From IMG/VR virus record IMGVR_UViG_3300020457_000004, positions 64,001 through 128,000 of that record: a DNA stretch of 64,000 bases. One strand, 5' to 3'. Shown one piece after another: positions 47,285 to 57,571 of the stretch. This DNA is from a virus. The position numbers and the translations under genes are program-made. The notes under the pieces are model-generated. The model was given only the letters and a program-made list of their open reading frames with translations. It did not search any database and was not told the origin of the DNA. The stretch's first letter is position 1, and every line of letters begins with the position of its first letter.

Positions 47285-49020
47285 TAATTAATCTCAACTC
47301 CATGTGAAGACAACTGACTCAATATACCAACCGTGTGTTTTTCAAAGTCTGGTCTAGAGTTTTTAAATACCTCAAAATTATGTTTTAGTTTATCTCTAAC
47401 TGAATTATATTTGTGAACTTTTTCATCATGAGTTAACTGTTTCCATTGTTCAAGATTTTTAACTAAAATACTAAATCGTTTTTTAGCATCATATTCTTGG
47501 TCATAACTTTCATCAAACATTTCTGGAAAAGTCTCATAACCAAGATACCTAAGATGTCTTAATGTTCCCATACTACCAACAACCATAAAAGGATGTCTAT
47601 AAGCAATGGGTTTAAATATTTTTTCTGATAAGAACAGAGCGTCTGGGTCATCGTGGAAAAGTGTTTCTGAAACAAAACTAAAAAAAGAATCTTTATACAT
47701 CTCAGATGTTATCAATCTATCATCAGCATCAACATCATTTGTGCTTGCGTCTGCAATAACCCTGTCTCTATCTTTCCAGAACTTATAAACATTTTCTATC
47801 TGTACATCATAAGAAAAGAAAGAAACATAACTATTTTCTTTCCTAGCAGTAAAAGCAGTTATATCACGACCATTATACATTTGTTTTTTCCATTCTGTTT
47901 GTGGAGCGCCTGTACTATCTTCATCAATAATGGCATCCCTAGCTAGGAAACTAATATAAGAATTATCATTATTATACCCTAGTCTATGCAACTCCGCAAC
48001 TAACCCAGGCCTATGAGACCTTGGTCTCGCGTTCAAACATATTAAGTCTTTTTTCTTGTCTCCGCCAGTAGGTACACCTACAAGAACTTCATCTGGTTTA
48101 CATCTTTCAAATGAATCCCTAATAACTTGATTGGGCGCTGTATCCAGTAGAGTAGAATCAAAATCCTCATATGGTATTACAACATGGTCAGTAAATCCAC
48201 CAGTTAAATCTGAAGCGCCATAATGATTCTGGTGCATGTATTTTGGATTCTGTAATCTATGTACATACACGCCAGTTCGTTCTGAATATTCTTTCCAATA
48301 ATCACAATGGAAATAATCGTAAGATATTACCTTTGTAAACTCAAAGGTTGTTTTATCCATACCGTGTCTGGTTCTTAACCATCGGTCATAATTATGTTTT
48401 GCCTGCAAATCACCAAAAACAAAATAACATATAGTTTCTTCTAGTTGATGAGCTCTCATTTGCATATGAAAATGATGTAACCATCCTTCAGCATGGAACC
48501 CTTGATAATAATTCATACCTTCATGCGGAAACCATAATACCATGGCTAAATGTCTGTGTCGTAAGTGATGAACTATCTGTTGAGGAATAGCATTGAGAGC
48601 GGTTATCCACTCTTGACTGAATATAAACTGGGGTTCTAAGAAGTAAAGATTGTTTGTATTTTTATGAATACCATTTGGGTCAAAGTCACCCACATCAACC
48701 AACTCGTAAGGCCAGTCAACGCTTTGATAATGTCCAATGACAGATGTAATGTAATTAAAAACACCGTGAGCTTCTGGTGAACCAGAACCATTAGCTAGAG
48801 GCCAAGACATGCAGTCTTCGTGGTCTACCTTTAGTCTTTTCCTATCAAAGATAAGGTAATGTGTTTCTTTGGGAGTGCTTTTTCTAACTAAGTATTTTTG
48901 CAATACGCTAGTGTTGATTCTTTTTAAGTCTGCTAATTCACTTCTAAGACCAATTACTTCATTAACTAATCTGTCCAAAGTACTGTTTAGGGTTCCAAGG
49001 TTCTCGTCCGATTCCGCCAT
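47284..49020 (-). CDS. putative glycosyltransferase (GT10-like C-terminus)
   Basis: CLNARPRSHR..FVSET..FLSEKIFKPI...PFMVVG..LGYETF..FDESYD..HN. Confidence 0.45.
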   Translation of the reverse strand: MAESDENLGTLNSTLDRLVNEVIGLRSELADLKRINTSVLQKYLVRKSTPKETHYLIFDRKRLKVDHEDCMSWPLANGSGSPEAHGVFNYITSVIGHYQSVDWPYELVDVGDFDPNGIHKNTNNLYFLEPQFIFSQEWITALNAIPQQIVHHLRHRHLAMVLWFPHEGMNYYQGFHAEGWLHHFHMQMRAHQLEETICYFVFGDLQAKHNYDRWLRTRHGMDKTTFEFTKVISYDYFHCDYWKEYSERTGVYVHRLQNPKYMHQNHYGASDLTGGFTDHVVIPYEDFDSTLLDTAPNQVIRDSFERCKPDEVLVGVPTGGDKKKDLICLNARPRSHRPGLVAELHRLGYNNDNSYISFLARDAIIDEDSTGAPQTEWKKQMYNGRDITAFTARKENSYVSFFSYDVQIENVYKFWKDRDRVIADASTNDVDADDRLITSEMYKDSFFSFVSETLFHDDPDALFLSEKIFKPIAYRHPFMVVGSMGTLRHLRYLGYETFPEMFDESYDQEYDAKKRFSILVKNLEQWKQLTHDEKVHKYNSVRDKLKHNFEVFKNSRPDFEKHTVGILSQLSSHGVEIN

Positions 49021-50143
49021 CAATCAATATCCTATAAAATTCTGAAAATATTTCACTATAACATTCATTTCTCAATCCATCTAATCTTTCTGTAACAGGT
49101 AAAAACCCAAGGTCTAATTTATCAAAATTGGGTTCTTGATTCATAAACGATATGATATCGTCCATGTTTGGAATATTTATAAGTTTATCTTCAACCTGTT
49201 TTTTACATACATCTGGCATATTTCTAACACAATACTGTCTAGGGAAATGTAAAAGATTCAGATATATGTTTTCTCTTCCAAACATGTCTATAAATTCATC
49301 TAGATAATATATGTTATAAAGACTTACAGTATGACATACTTGGACATACATCCAATCAAGTGATTTGAAATGACTATAGTTATCCCACACTTCATCCCAT
49401 TTTGCTGGGTGTCTAATATATTCAAATTTCTTGAATATTCCATCAATACTAAACATTACTTCACAAGACTTGAACTCTTTCCATAAGTCAAATATTTTTT
49501 GTGGTGGACGAATAGTACCATTCGTGTTATAATGCAAGGATATGTGTTCCGCGTGTCCTGCCTCAACCGTTTTACGCAATAACTCAAAGTGTTCTTCTAT
49601 CATAAATGGTTCACCACCTGTGAAGTCCATTTGTTCTACCGTATGCATAATCTCAAAAAGTTCATCCCATACACTTGGGTTCTTAACAATCCACAATGGG
49701 TCTTTTTTGTTTAGGATTCTACCGTATAATTTTTTCTCATCCGTTTGCCACTTTGAACTGTTTATGCTACCACAAGTTCTACATTTTAAATTACACAATG
49801 TACCAAATTTTAGGTCAAGATATTTGGGGGTATCAGTAGCAATAAAACTTCCCCTTTCTTTTATGTCTTCGAGTTCTTTGGCAAATCTTTGGTTATCTTG
49901 TAATCTCTTTGATTGATATCCTGCTGCTTCTCCTTCCCAACACATGGCACATCCAGCTGGTTGTTTGCCTTCAAGAAACTCTCTTCGTAAATTTTTATAT
50001 GGTTCTCCATTCCAGACATCAAGAAAGTTTTCTTGTTTTAGATTTCCCATAGGATTACCTTTATATAAACAACATGGGTTAGCAGTTCCATCTGTAGTGA
50101 ACTCTGTATGAACCCAAGGTAATACACAAATCTTATCAGTCAT
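48962..50143 (-). CDS. N-terminal twitch-domain radical SAM protein
   Basis: CVLPWVH..G...PCC..CAMCW..E; CNLKCRTC; TGGEP; YNTNG; SIDG; EYIR. Confidence 0.9.
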   Translation of the reverse strand: MTDKICVLPWVHTEFTTDGTANPCCLYKGNPMGNLKQENFLDVWNGEPYKNLRREFLEGKQPAGCAMCWEGEAAGYQSKRLQDNQRFAKELEDIKERGSFIATDTPKYLDLKFGTLCNLKCRTCGSINSSKWQTDEKKLYGRILNKKDPLWIVKNPSVWDELFEIMHTVEQMDFTGGEPFMIEEHFELLRKTVEAGHAEHISLHYNTNGTIRPPQKIFDLWKEFKSCEVMFSIDGIFKKFEYIRHPAKWDEVWDNYSHFKSLDWMYVQVCHTVSLYNIYYLDEFIDMFGRENIYLNLLHFPRQYCVRNMPDVCKKQVEDKLINIPNMDDIISFMNQEPNFDKLDLGFLPVTERLDGLRNECYSEIFSEFYRILIDGGIGREPWNPKQYFGQIS

Positions 50144-51260
50144 GCAAATACCTTAAAAATCTTTCTTTATAATCATCATCAAATCTACTATAATCGTAAT
50201 AATAATGTTTACCTTCAACTGTAATTCTGTCTATATCATCATACTTACCAGAAATGTTATTTTCTACAAACTCCAAATCAGCATCAACAACCCTACCCAG
50301 TTTAGCAAATCCATATCTACCTTTTTTATCTTCTGGGTCTAGTCCCTGTTCAACTAACCACTCATCAAATCCTTTTACCCAACTTTCATGTTGGTCTGTA
50401 GCAAACTTAATTAACATGTCTCCAGATAAAAATTTAATTGGTTCTACATGTTCATCTTCCAATTCTTCATCATCTTCCGCGTATGCTTCTATATGTGTCT
50501 TTCCAATCTGAGGATACCCAAGTAAGACATCACCAAATTTAGCATATTTTGTAAACAGGTCATTGAAACAATCTGGTAGTTCTGGTAACTTTTTTGGAGC
50601 TCTTTGCCATGACACATTAATATGCATGTTAAAGTCTGCCTGTTCATCATTCTGCAATGTAGTATGAAGTTCGTGAACTTCTAAATTTAAACGACATATA
50701 CTTGCTTGGACATCTGGGGAAGCAACATATAAGTGTGCGCTAGTTTTTTCTGCTGGGCCAGACAACATAGGAAAATAGTTATGGACAACATTCATTTTCT
50801 TATTATCATTACCATCCTTAAAGTCTTCCATACTTAACCTTTCTGTTATATCTGGATTATTTTTAATAGGTTGGTCAAGAACATTTCTTTGGTCTGCCTT
50901 AACATATTCTGGCCACCTTGTCCATTGTTCAGCAACAAAATCAAACTTGGATATATGGTCTAATGTATTATTAACCTTTTCTATCATGTCTTCTGTAGTA
51001 AGAGTACTTTCTCCCATAAAGACATGTTCTTTTCTTAGGAAAGCTTTGGTTTCTAGTTCGTGTTTAAATCTCTGATACCAAATGTCTACCGCGTGATTAT
51101 CATCTAACGATACATTCAGTTCCATAGGTTCAATACTACTATCTCTACTATTGCGTAGTCTTAGGGTTATTATAGCGTCCTTACATTCATTAACACCAGC
51201 ATAATCCTCCGCAAAGAAATAATCATCATCTCTAGGTCTATCTTTTTCTTTAAACGGCAT
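50136..51260 (-). CDS. hypothetical protein
   Basis: 374 aa acidic ORF coupled on both sides; MNVVHNYF..LN..VHE..LGYPQIGKT. Confidence 0.75.
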   Translation of the reverse strand: MPFKEKDRPRDDDYFFAEDYAGVNECKDAIITLRLRNSRDSSIEPMELNVSLDDNHAVDIWYQRFKHELETKAFLRKEHVFMGESTLTTEDMIEKVNNTLDHISKFDFVAEQWTRWPEYVKADQRNVLDQPIKNNPDITERLSMEDFKDGNDNKKMNVVHNYFPMLSGPAEKTSAHLYVASPDVQASICRLNLEVHELHTTLQNDEQADFNMHINVSWQRAPKKLPELPDCFNDLFTKYAKFGDVLLGYPQIGKTHIEAYAEDDEELEDEHVEPIKFLSGDMLIKFATDQHESWVKGFDEWLVEQGLDPEDKKGRYGFAKLGRVVDADLEFVENNISGKYDDIDRITVEGKHYYYDYSRFDDDYKERFLRYLHD

Positions 51261-52467
51261 TATATAAATCCTCTAGTTCGGGGAATGTCTTTTGAAAGTC
51301 CTCACCTCTTAACTCATCCAACTGTTTCATCTTATATTGAAACACTCTAAGGTGTTCTCTATCTAATTCTTGCATCAAATGATTTCTCAGAGTATCGAAT
51401 CCTTGTTTTACAGGCCAAGCACTTTTTTCTGACAAGAAGTCAATGTGTTTTTGGTAGAGTTTTTCTAATTCTACTTTGTGGTGTTGCGGTAAAATTCTCA
51501 TATCAAGATGTTTCGGTTCTGTAACTATGTTAACATTAAACGCATTGTAACTATCAATATATCCGCCATCTACAAGCGCGTGGTGGAATGGTATTACATG
51601 ATATGCATTTTGAATACTAATAGTAGAACTAACATAAAAGTTTACATGAGAACATGTTTCTTTCATTCGGTTTCTATTTTCTTTGAACTGTTCCCAGTTA
51701 AATCCACTACGAATAAATTCACCCTGTTCTTCCATCCCATCTATACTAGCACCAACCTCTATATTCTTAAACTTTGGCCAGAACTCCAACACATGCAAAT
51801 CCTTATATCGCATCTCACTAAAGTTTGTGTTGTATCTAATAAGCACATCGTGTTTACCCATCGCGTCTAGTTTCTTTAATATGCGATAGTGTTCTTCCAT
51901 TATAAGAGGTTCGCCACCAGCAAAATATATTTCTTCTACAGATTCAAAGTGTGGTTCTATCTGTTCCCATAAGTCAAAAGTATTTTTCTTAGGCACATCG
52001 TCTGGTAGGAATGACCTACCTGTTTCCAAAACAGCAATCTTCTTTGTATCTGGATACCACCCAGTACTCAACTGAGGGCCACAACTACGACATTTGAAAT
52101 TACATATATTAGAGAATCTAAAATCCCAGTAGGGTAGTTTCATTTCTTCTATCGTACCATCATCCTCTGTGGTTTCAATTAAGTTTTCATAATGTTTCCA
52201 TGACTTATTTGCCCTGTGTCTCATGGAGTGACCACCAGAATCTTCTTGGTGATAACACCTAGAACATGCATCATGTCTTTCATCATTCAACATCTTCACG
52301 CGGATATCTTTTATCAAGTCACTATTGTATATTTCTTCTAAACTGCTATCGTTTAAATTACCAGCAATGTATTCCATTGGAGTGATACAACAAGGATATA
52401 CATTACCATTAGGCCATGTGTGCAAATGCACCCAAGGTAACATACATAGATTTTTCTTATCACTCAT
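51250..52467 (-). CDS. N-terminal twitch-domain radical SAM protein
   Basis: CMLPWVH..GNVYPCC..CSRCY; CNFKCRSC; AGGEP; YNTN; SIDG. Confidence 0.9.
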   Translation of the reverse strand: MSDKKNLCMLPWVHLHTWPNGNVYPCCITPMEYIAGNLNDSSLEEIYNSDLIKDIRVKMLNDERHDACSRCYHQEDSGGHSMRHRANKSWKHYENLIETTEDDGTIEEMKLPYWDFRFSNICNFKCRSCGPQLSTGWYPDTKKIAVLETGRSFLPDDVPKKNTFDLWEQIEPHFESVEEIYFAGGEPLIMEEHYRILKKLDAMGKHDVLIRYNTNFSEMRYKDLHVLEFWPKFKNIEVGASIDGMEEQGEFIRSGFNWEQFKENRNRMKETCSHVNFYVSSTISIQNAYHVIPFHHALVDGGYIDSYNAFNVNIVTEPKHLDMRILPQHHKVELEKLYQKHIDFLSEKSAWPVKQGFDTLRNHLMQELDREHLRVFQYKMKQLDELRGEDFQKTFPELEDLYNAV

Positions 52468-53686
52468 AATCTTTAATTAACTCATAAAATTCTGGGAAGG
52501 TTTTCTTAAAAGATGTTTTCTTTGTAACATCCATAGCACCAGTTTTTTGAAAGAATGACTTCATTACTTCCAAGTCAGTATATGATATGCCTTCTATATT
52601 AAAGTAATTCTTAACAACATCATATCCCCCACACCCAGACAACTTATCTAAAATCTTTTGTTGTACTCGTTGCGGTAAAATTAAAGGGTCATATTGAGAG
52701 GGGTCTTTTACAAAATTATGACTTATATGTTCTCCCTCAAAATATTCATAAAATTCTGGTATATAAAAAATGTTATATGTCGATACAGTTTGAAGTATAT
52801 TATAATCTAGGTTGTCATTCTTACCTGTAATATCCTTCATCCAATCAACAAACTCCAATACCTTAGACCACGCGGTATAAGTTCTGATATACTCATTTCG
52901 TTCACCAACACAATCAATGGATAACATAAACTGTACTTTTTTAAATTCCTTCCATATGTCTTCATATGTGTGGTTAATAATTGTACAGTTAGTAGAATAG
53001 ACTATCTCTACATTTTTTGATATACCCCTATCAACTAAAGTCTGTAAAAAGTTAAAATGTTTGTCTATAAGAAAAGGTTCACCACCATTAATATACAACA
53101 ACCTTAATTCGTTACATTTGTCAATAAGTTTTTCCCAGAAATTTTCTTCCAAAGGCCAATTGAAACTACTCTTCCTAGTAAACTCTGGTAACGCTCTTCT
53201 TTCTGGATATATGCTATCCCAATCCTTTAACCACCTAGAAGACGAATAAGGATTGCAAGTACGACATTGAACATTACAATGATTACCAAGGCGTAATTCC
53301 ACAAATTCATAATTGACCTCTTTTAATGTTCCATCATCATTTGTAAGTTCTTTCGCTTGTTTCAAAGTCATAGGAAGTCGGCGACTTTCATAGTATCGTT
53401 TACTTTTATTTCCTACACTTTCTGCTTCCCAACACTTGCTACACTCAATTGGTTTTTCTCCATTGAGCATTTGTAATCTAACTTTACTGAAACTATCAGA
53501 ATTAGTAATCTCAGAAAAATCATCAACTTTTTGCAATGTCAAAAATTCTCTAAAAACTTTATTTCTAGTATCATTGAAAGCTTGCGATTGACCTTGTTCT
53601 TGGTTTGATTCACAACATAGAGTACATATCCCATGTGGATGAGTTGCTAAATGATTCCAAGGTAAAGGGCAAAATGTTTCGCTCAT
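52460..53686 (-). CDS. N-terminal twitch-domain radical SAM protein
   Basis: CPLPWNH..LCC..CSKCW; CNVQCRTC; NGGEP; YSTN; SID; EYIR. Confidence 0.9.
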   Translation of the reverse strand: MSETFCPLPWNHLATHPHGICTLCCESNQEQGQSQAFNDTRNKVFREFLTLQKVDDFSEITNSDSFSKVRLQMLNGEKPIECSKCWEAESVGNKSKRYYESRRLPMTLKQAKELTNDDGTLKEVNYEFVELRLGNHCNVQCRTCNPYSSSRWLKDWDSIYPERRALPEFTRKSSFNWPLEENFWEKLIDKCNELRLLYINGGEPFLIDKHFNFLQTLVDRGISKNVEIVYSTNCTIINHTYEDIWKEFKKVQFMLSIDCVGERNEYIRTYTAWSKVLEFVDWMKDITGKNDNLDYNILQTVSTYNIFYIPEFYEYFEGEHISHNFVKDPSQYDPLILPQRVQQKILDKLSGCGGYDVVKNYFNIEGISYTDLEVMKSFFQKTGAMDVTKKTSFKKTFPEFYELIKDYE

Positions 53687-54990
53687 ATTCTATCCCACCA
53701 ATCCACGGCGTTACCATGAAGTGTATCAACAAACTTCAGTTTAGAGTTTCTTAAATTATCAAGATATTCTTGAAACTGTTTTCCGCGTTTCAATCCATCT
53801 TTATATGTGTCAGGCCATTGTTCATCAAATGATTCTCTATTTATTAAGTTAACTAGTGAATCCTTATAAACTTTTGTTTTCCATGTTAGTCGTTCCTCTA
53901 TGTGTTGCATTAATGAATCAACTTGAGGTAAAAGTACATCTTTGGGAAGACAAAACGGTGACATAACAACACTAGGGTCAAATGCATATGTAAATTTAAA
54001 GTATGATTTTATATCAAGAGAACTAGCAACATCAATTAGTTTGTCGAGATGAAATAAGCCTGGCGTTGTTAAAGTTACATCAAACACCAATGCATCATCT
54101 CCAAATTGGTCTATCAAAAACATACCAGACTTGAAGTTTTCTATCCACTCACTCCAAACTAATCCATCTCTAATATATTCACCTACTTCATAAGCACCAT
54201 CAATACTAGCACATATGTTTACACTTTTGAAATGTGGTAACATGTCCCATAAGTTATAGTTTTTATATTTTACTCTACTTAGATTTGTATTATAACGAAT
54301 AGTAACATTTTTCGCGTGTCCATTATCTACTAGTTCTTGCATAACAGTCCAATGTCTTTCAAACATCAATGGTTCACCACCAACCCAATATATTTCTTCT
54401 ATAGTTTTGTTATCTACTGCTCGTTGCAATTCTTCTTCTAATACATCATCTTGAAATTTAGATATCTTTTTTCTGGTGGTGGGTTCCATCCAAGGGTCTT
54501 GTTTTACATCAATAAGATTGTGTTTCTTTTTTTCTGCTTCCCAACTAGAAGATAATTGTTCCCCACACATACGACATTTAAAGTTACATAGATTTGAAAT
54601 ACGATAATCATACGAGACTGGCATCTTATCGTAATGCCCATCTTCTCGCGTAGTTGCTATAATGTCTTTCACTTTGTGGGGGAACAATGTTTCAGTAAAA
54701 TATTGACGATATGTGTGTAGGTTTAAAACTTGGTCATTGCATACTTGACATTGTTTTAATTTTTCTCCTGCTAACATCCTTTTACGGATATCTTTCATAT
54801 AGTCACCATTCCAATGTTCTTCTAAAGATTGTGGAGCAAACTTACCATTTGCAGTACCACTATCTAAATATTGTTTTTGGAACGAGGCCTCTTCTCTGCT
54901 AGCACAGCATAGTCTTCTTTCTCCTTGTGGTGATACATAAGTATGAGTCCACGGTGCGGTACATAGGTAGGGTCTATCTTTTAGCGACAT
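53683..54990 (-). CDS. N-terminal twitch-domain radical SAM protein
   Basis: CTAPWTH..LCC..CQVC; CNFKCRMC; VGGEP; YNTN; SIDG; EYIRDGL. Confidence 0.9.
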   Translation of the reverse strand: MSLKDRPYLCTAPWTHTYVSPQGERRLCCASREEASFQKQYLDSGTANGKFAPQSLEEHWNGDYMKDIRKRMLAGEKLKQCQVCNDQVLNLHTYRQYFTETLFPHKVKDIIATTREDGHYDKMPVSYDYRISNLCNFKCRMCGEQLSSSWEAEKKKHNLIDVKQDPWMEPTTRKKISKFQDDVLEEELQRAVDNKTIEEIYWVGGEPLMFERHWTVMQELVDNGHAKNVTIRYNTNLSRVKYKNYNLWDMLPHFKSVNICASIDGAYEVGEYIRDGLVWSEWIENFKSGMFLIDQFGDDALVFDVTLTTPGLFHLDKLIDVASSLDIKSYFKFTYAFDPSVVMSPFCLPKDVLLPQVDSLMQHIEERLTWKTKVYKDSLVNLINRESFDEQWPDTYKDGLKRGKQFQEYLDNLRNSKLKFVDTLHGNAVDWWDRI

Positions 54991-55852
54991 TTCTCCACCA
55001 AGAAATTGTTCTATCTAATCCTTCTGATAGAGTCACCTTGGGCGACCAACCCAGAGTATCTTCTAATAACTGTCCACTACTGTTTAACCAATATATCTCG
55101 CCTGGCCTTTCTGGTTTCGTGTTCCAATGCACTTCTCCATCCCATCCTATTTTTTGAGCAATGATATCAACATAGTCTTTTATTTGAATTGGATTATCTG
55201 GGCCTAGGGTAAATATTTTCTCCTTACATTTTTCTGGATTGTTAATAATGGCAGTCCATGCCTCTAACATATCATCAATGTATATGAAATTACGATATGG
55301 TTCAGCATATCCCAAATGTATTTCATCTGGATTGTTCAACATCTGAGTTATAATCTGTTCAGTAACAAAGAAGTCATTGTCCTTTCTACCATAACAGTTA
55401 GTCTGTCTAATAATGGTATAAGGAAGACTATAAGACCTACCAGCATATTCCAAATATTTTTCGACCCCATACTTGGCAACGGCATACGGTGCATTTGGAT
55501 ATGGGGTAGTAAGATGGTCACATACCGTATGTTTTGGTTGCGGGCCATATACTTCCATTGTACTCGCAAAAACAAAGTTCTTGAAATTAGGAATCTCTCT
55601 TGAGACTTCAATAAGATTTACACTACCAACATAGTTAATTTCGCTGAATGTTATCTGTTCATAAAAACTTTGTTCAACTTCTGTCCTTGCTCCAAGGTGT
55701 ACAATCATCTCTGGTTGAAAATCTTTAACCTCAGTTCTAACCAATTCATGATGTCTTAAATCACTTTCTAGGTGATATATTTCGTGGTCGTTTAAATATG
55801 GTTTTAAATGCGACCCAATAAAACCAGAGGAACCTGTCATTAATATCTTCAT
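54974..55852 (-). CDS. NAD-dependent epimerase/dehydratase (dTDP/GDP-sugar dehydratase-like)
   Basis: TGSSGFIG, HLGA, ASTMEVYG, PYAVAK, NCYG, RNFIYIDD, LGW.P.V.L.EGL.RT. Confidence 0.9.
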   Translation of the reverse strand: MKILMTGSSGFIGSHLKPYLNDHEIYHLESDLRHHELVRTEVKDFQPEMIVHLGARTEVEQSFYEQITFSEINYVGSVNLIEVSREIPNFKNFVFASTMEVYGPQPKHTVCDHLTTPYPNAPYAVAKYGVEKYLEYAGRSYSLPYTIIRQTNCYGRKDNDFFVTEQIITQMLNNPDEIHLGYAEPYRNFIYIDDMLEAWTAIINNPEKCKEKIFTLGPDNPIQIKDYVDIIAQKIGWDGEVHWNTKPERPGEIYWLNSSGQLLEDTLGWSPKVTLSEGLDRTISWWRNVAKR

Positions 55853-57357
55853 TTATCGTAGTCCCCCAAAGCTTCGTCTATGTTTTTGTTGTCTGGTTTT
55901 AATACCCATCCTTCCTCCTCTGCAATCTTTTTTAAATCGGGGTCATCTGCGTACTGTTCTGTACTGTCCCCACTTGGCATAATTGTAATTGGTTTAGTTT
56001 CTGTATCTGGAATAGTGTCCACCCAATCTGTAAGAATCTCTGGAAATACAGATAGACTTTTATCTCTTCTTTCATCGTATTGATTGTAGAAAGTTTTAAA
56101 GTCTCTCCACAATGTCATCTTATCACTAGTCCTTCTATGTGGCGCGTCAACAATTACAAGGTAGTCTATTAACCTTTCAACACTCGCCTTTTCAAAATCA
56201 TGCCAGTATGGTCTGTCTTTGTTTTCTTCATACCAGTTAGATAGATTCTCTCTAAGGTAATCTTTGATATGGTCTGGTAGTGATAGTGGACTTTGGAAAC
56301 TAGGGAATCTCAATAGGTTAACACTAAACACAGGTGTTTTACTTTTTGTCAATTCTTTCAGTTTGAATACATCATCTAAGAAGTCTGTTATACTAAACAA
56401 ACACAAACTATTAATAGTCATCATTATATTGATGCCTTCATAATTACCTTCTTTAATAAATCTTGTTATATTACTAGTCCAAAGTTCATAGTCAAGTCCG
56501 TCCCTTATATACTCAGCTTGTTTTCCTGTTGCTTCACAACTGGTGTAAAGATGAAACTTCTTAACACCTTGTGACTTCTCTATCAATCTATCAACAATAC
56601 TTTTCTTCGCAATAAGATTAGAGTTTACTGCAAATCGCATATCAGATGGATTATTTTCAAACCAATCAAACAACTTCCATACTTGGTCAGACATTAACGG
56701 TTCTCCACCTGTAACTCTTAATTCCTCAAGACTTTTTGATAGTCCATCTTCCCACCAATCCCAAAAAGCAGTTACATATGGATTTTCTTCTCTTTTCCCA
56801 TATGGGTCTGCCCACGCACCGTCATGTTGAAAAGCGGCTGCACCATCTGATACCATGTTTTGATAAGGGCCATGTTTCTTTATATCCTTCGCCCATGTAG
56901 TAGAGAAACTAGAGTTACAATAAGAACAAGCAAGGTTACATGTTCGGTCAAATGCAATTTCAAATGTTTTTAGTAATGTGTTATCGTTAAAGTCTGCCTC
57001 GTGCGCCTTCTTTAAATCTTCATTGGTGTATATGATTGATTTAAAAACTCTGTCACTAACTGCATCATTACCCATGTCCTCAACTTTCCAACAATACTCA
57101 CACTCACGCGGTCTTTCTCCGCGTTGCATCATCTTACGCATTGCTTTCTTATGTTGCGTGTTGTGAATAGCAGATGGGTCAGCTGCAATCTCATGTAACG
57201 GAATCTTATGTGCTGGAGGGTGATGACAACTAGCAGTAGTACCACTACCTAACCATGTGGTGGCGTTGTACCACTTCGCACCACAAAAACTCTTTGACTT
57301 AGTATCAAGGATGTCTTTACGATACTTTATCAAATCATATTCTTTATTCAATTTCAA
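55849..57357 (-). CDS. N-terminal twitch-domain radical SAM protein (KW/CHH subgroup)
   Basis: FCGAKW..SCHHP..ECEYCWKVE; CNLACSYC; TGGEP; NSNL; EYIRDGL. Confidence 0.9.
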   Translation of the reverse strand: MKLNKEYDLIKYRKDILDTKSKSFCGAKWYNATTWLGSGTTASCHHPPAHKIPLHEIAADPSAIHNTQHKKAMRKMMQRGERPRECEYCWKVEDMGNDAVSDRVFKSIIYTNEDLKKAHEADFNDNTLLKTFEIAFDRTCNLACSYCNSSFSTTWAKDIKKHGPYQNMVSDGAAAFQHDGAWADPYGKREENPYVTAFWDWWEDGLSKSLEELRVTGGEPLMSDQVWKLFDWFENNPSDMRFAVNSNLIAKKSIVDRLIEKSQGVKKFHLYTSCEATGKQAEYIRDGLDYELWTSNITRFIKEGNYEGINIMMTINSLCLFSITDFLDDVFKLKELTKSKTPVFSVNLLRFPSFQSPLSLPDHIKDYLRENLSNWYEENKDRPYWHDFEKASVERLIDYLVIVDAPHRRTSDKMTLWRDFKTFYNQYDERRDKSLSVFPEILTDWVDTIPDTETKPITIMPSGDSTEQYADDPDLKKIAEEEGWVLKPDNKNIDEALGDYDK

Positions 57358-57571
57358 TCTCCGCTTCTGTCATTATAACAACTCTTGCCCCACAGGGTAA
57401 CAATGGTTTATCATTACCACCATATATCACTTCACTCGGGCCATGTATCTTTACACTATGTCCATAAGTATTTTTTCTTCCTTCTTTTACTGTAAGAACA
57501 GGTTCGTTTGTTCCATGTTTTTTATTAGCACGAATTTTGTGCATGTTTACATGAATGTATTTTTTAGGCAT
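57344..57571 (-). CDS. small conserved phage hypothetical protein
   Basis: MPKKYIHVN.HKIRANKKHGTNEPV.TVKEG..NTY..V.I.GPS..Y..PLL.CGARV; coupled on both sides. Confidence 0.7.
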   Translation of the reverse strand: MPKKYIHVNMHKIRANKKHGTNEPVLTVKEGRKNTYGHSVKIHGPSEVIYGGNDKPLLPCGARVVIMTEAEIEIE

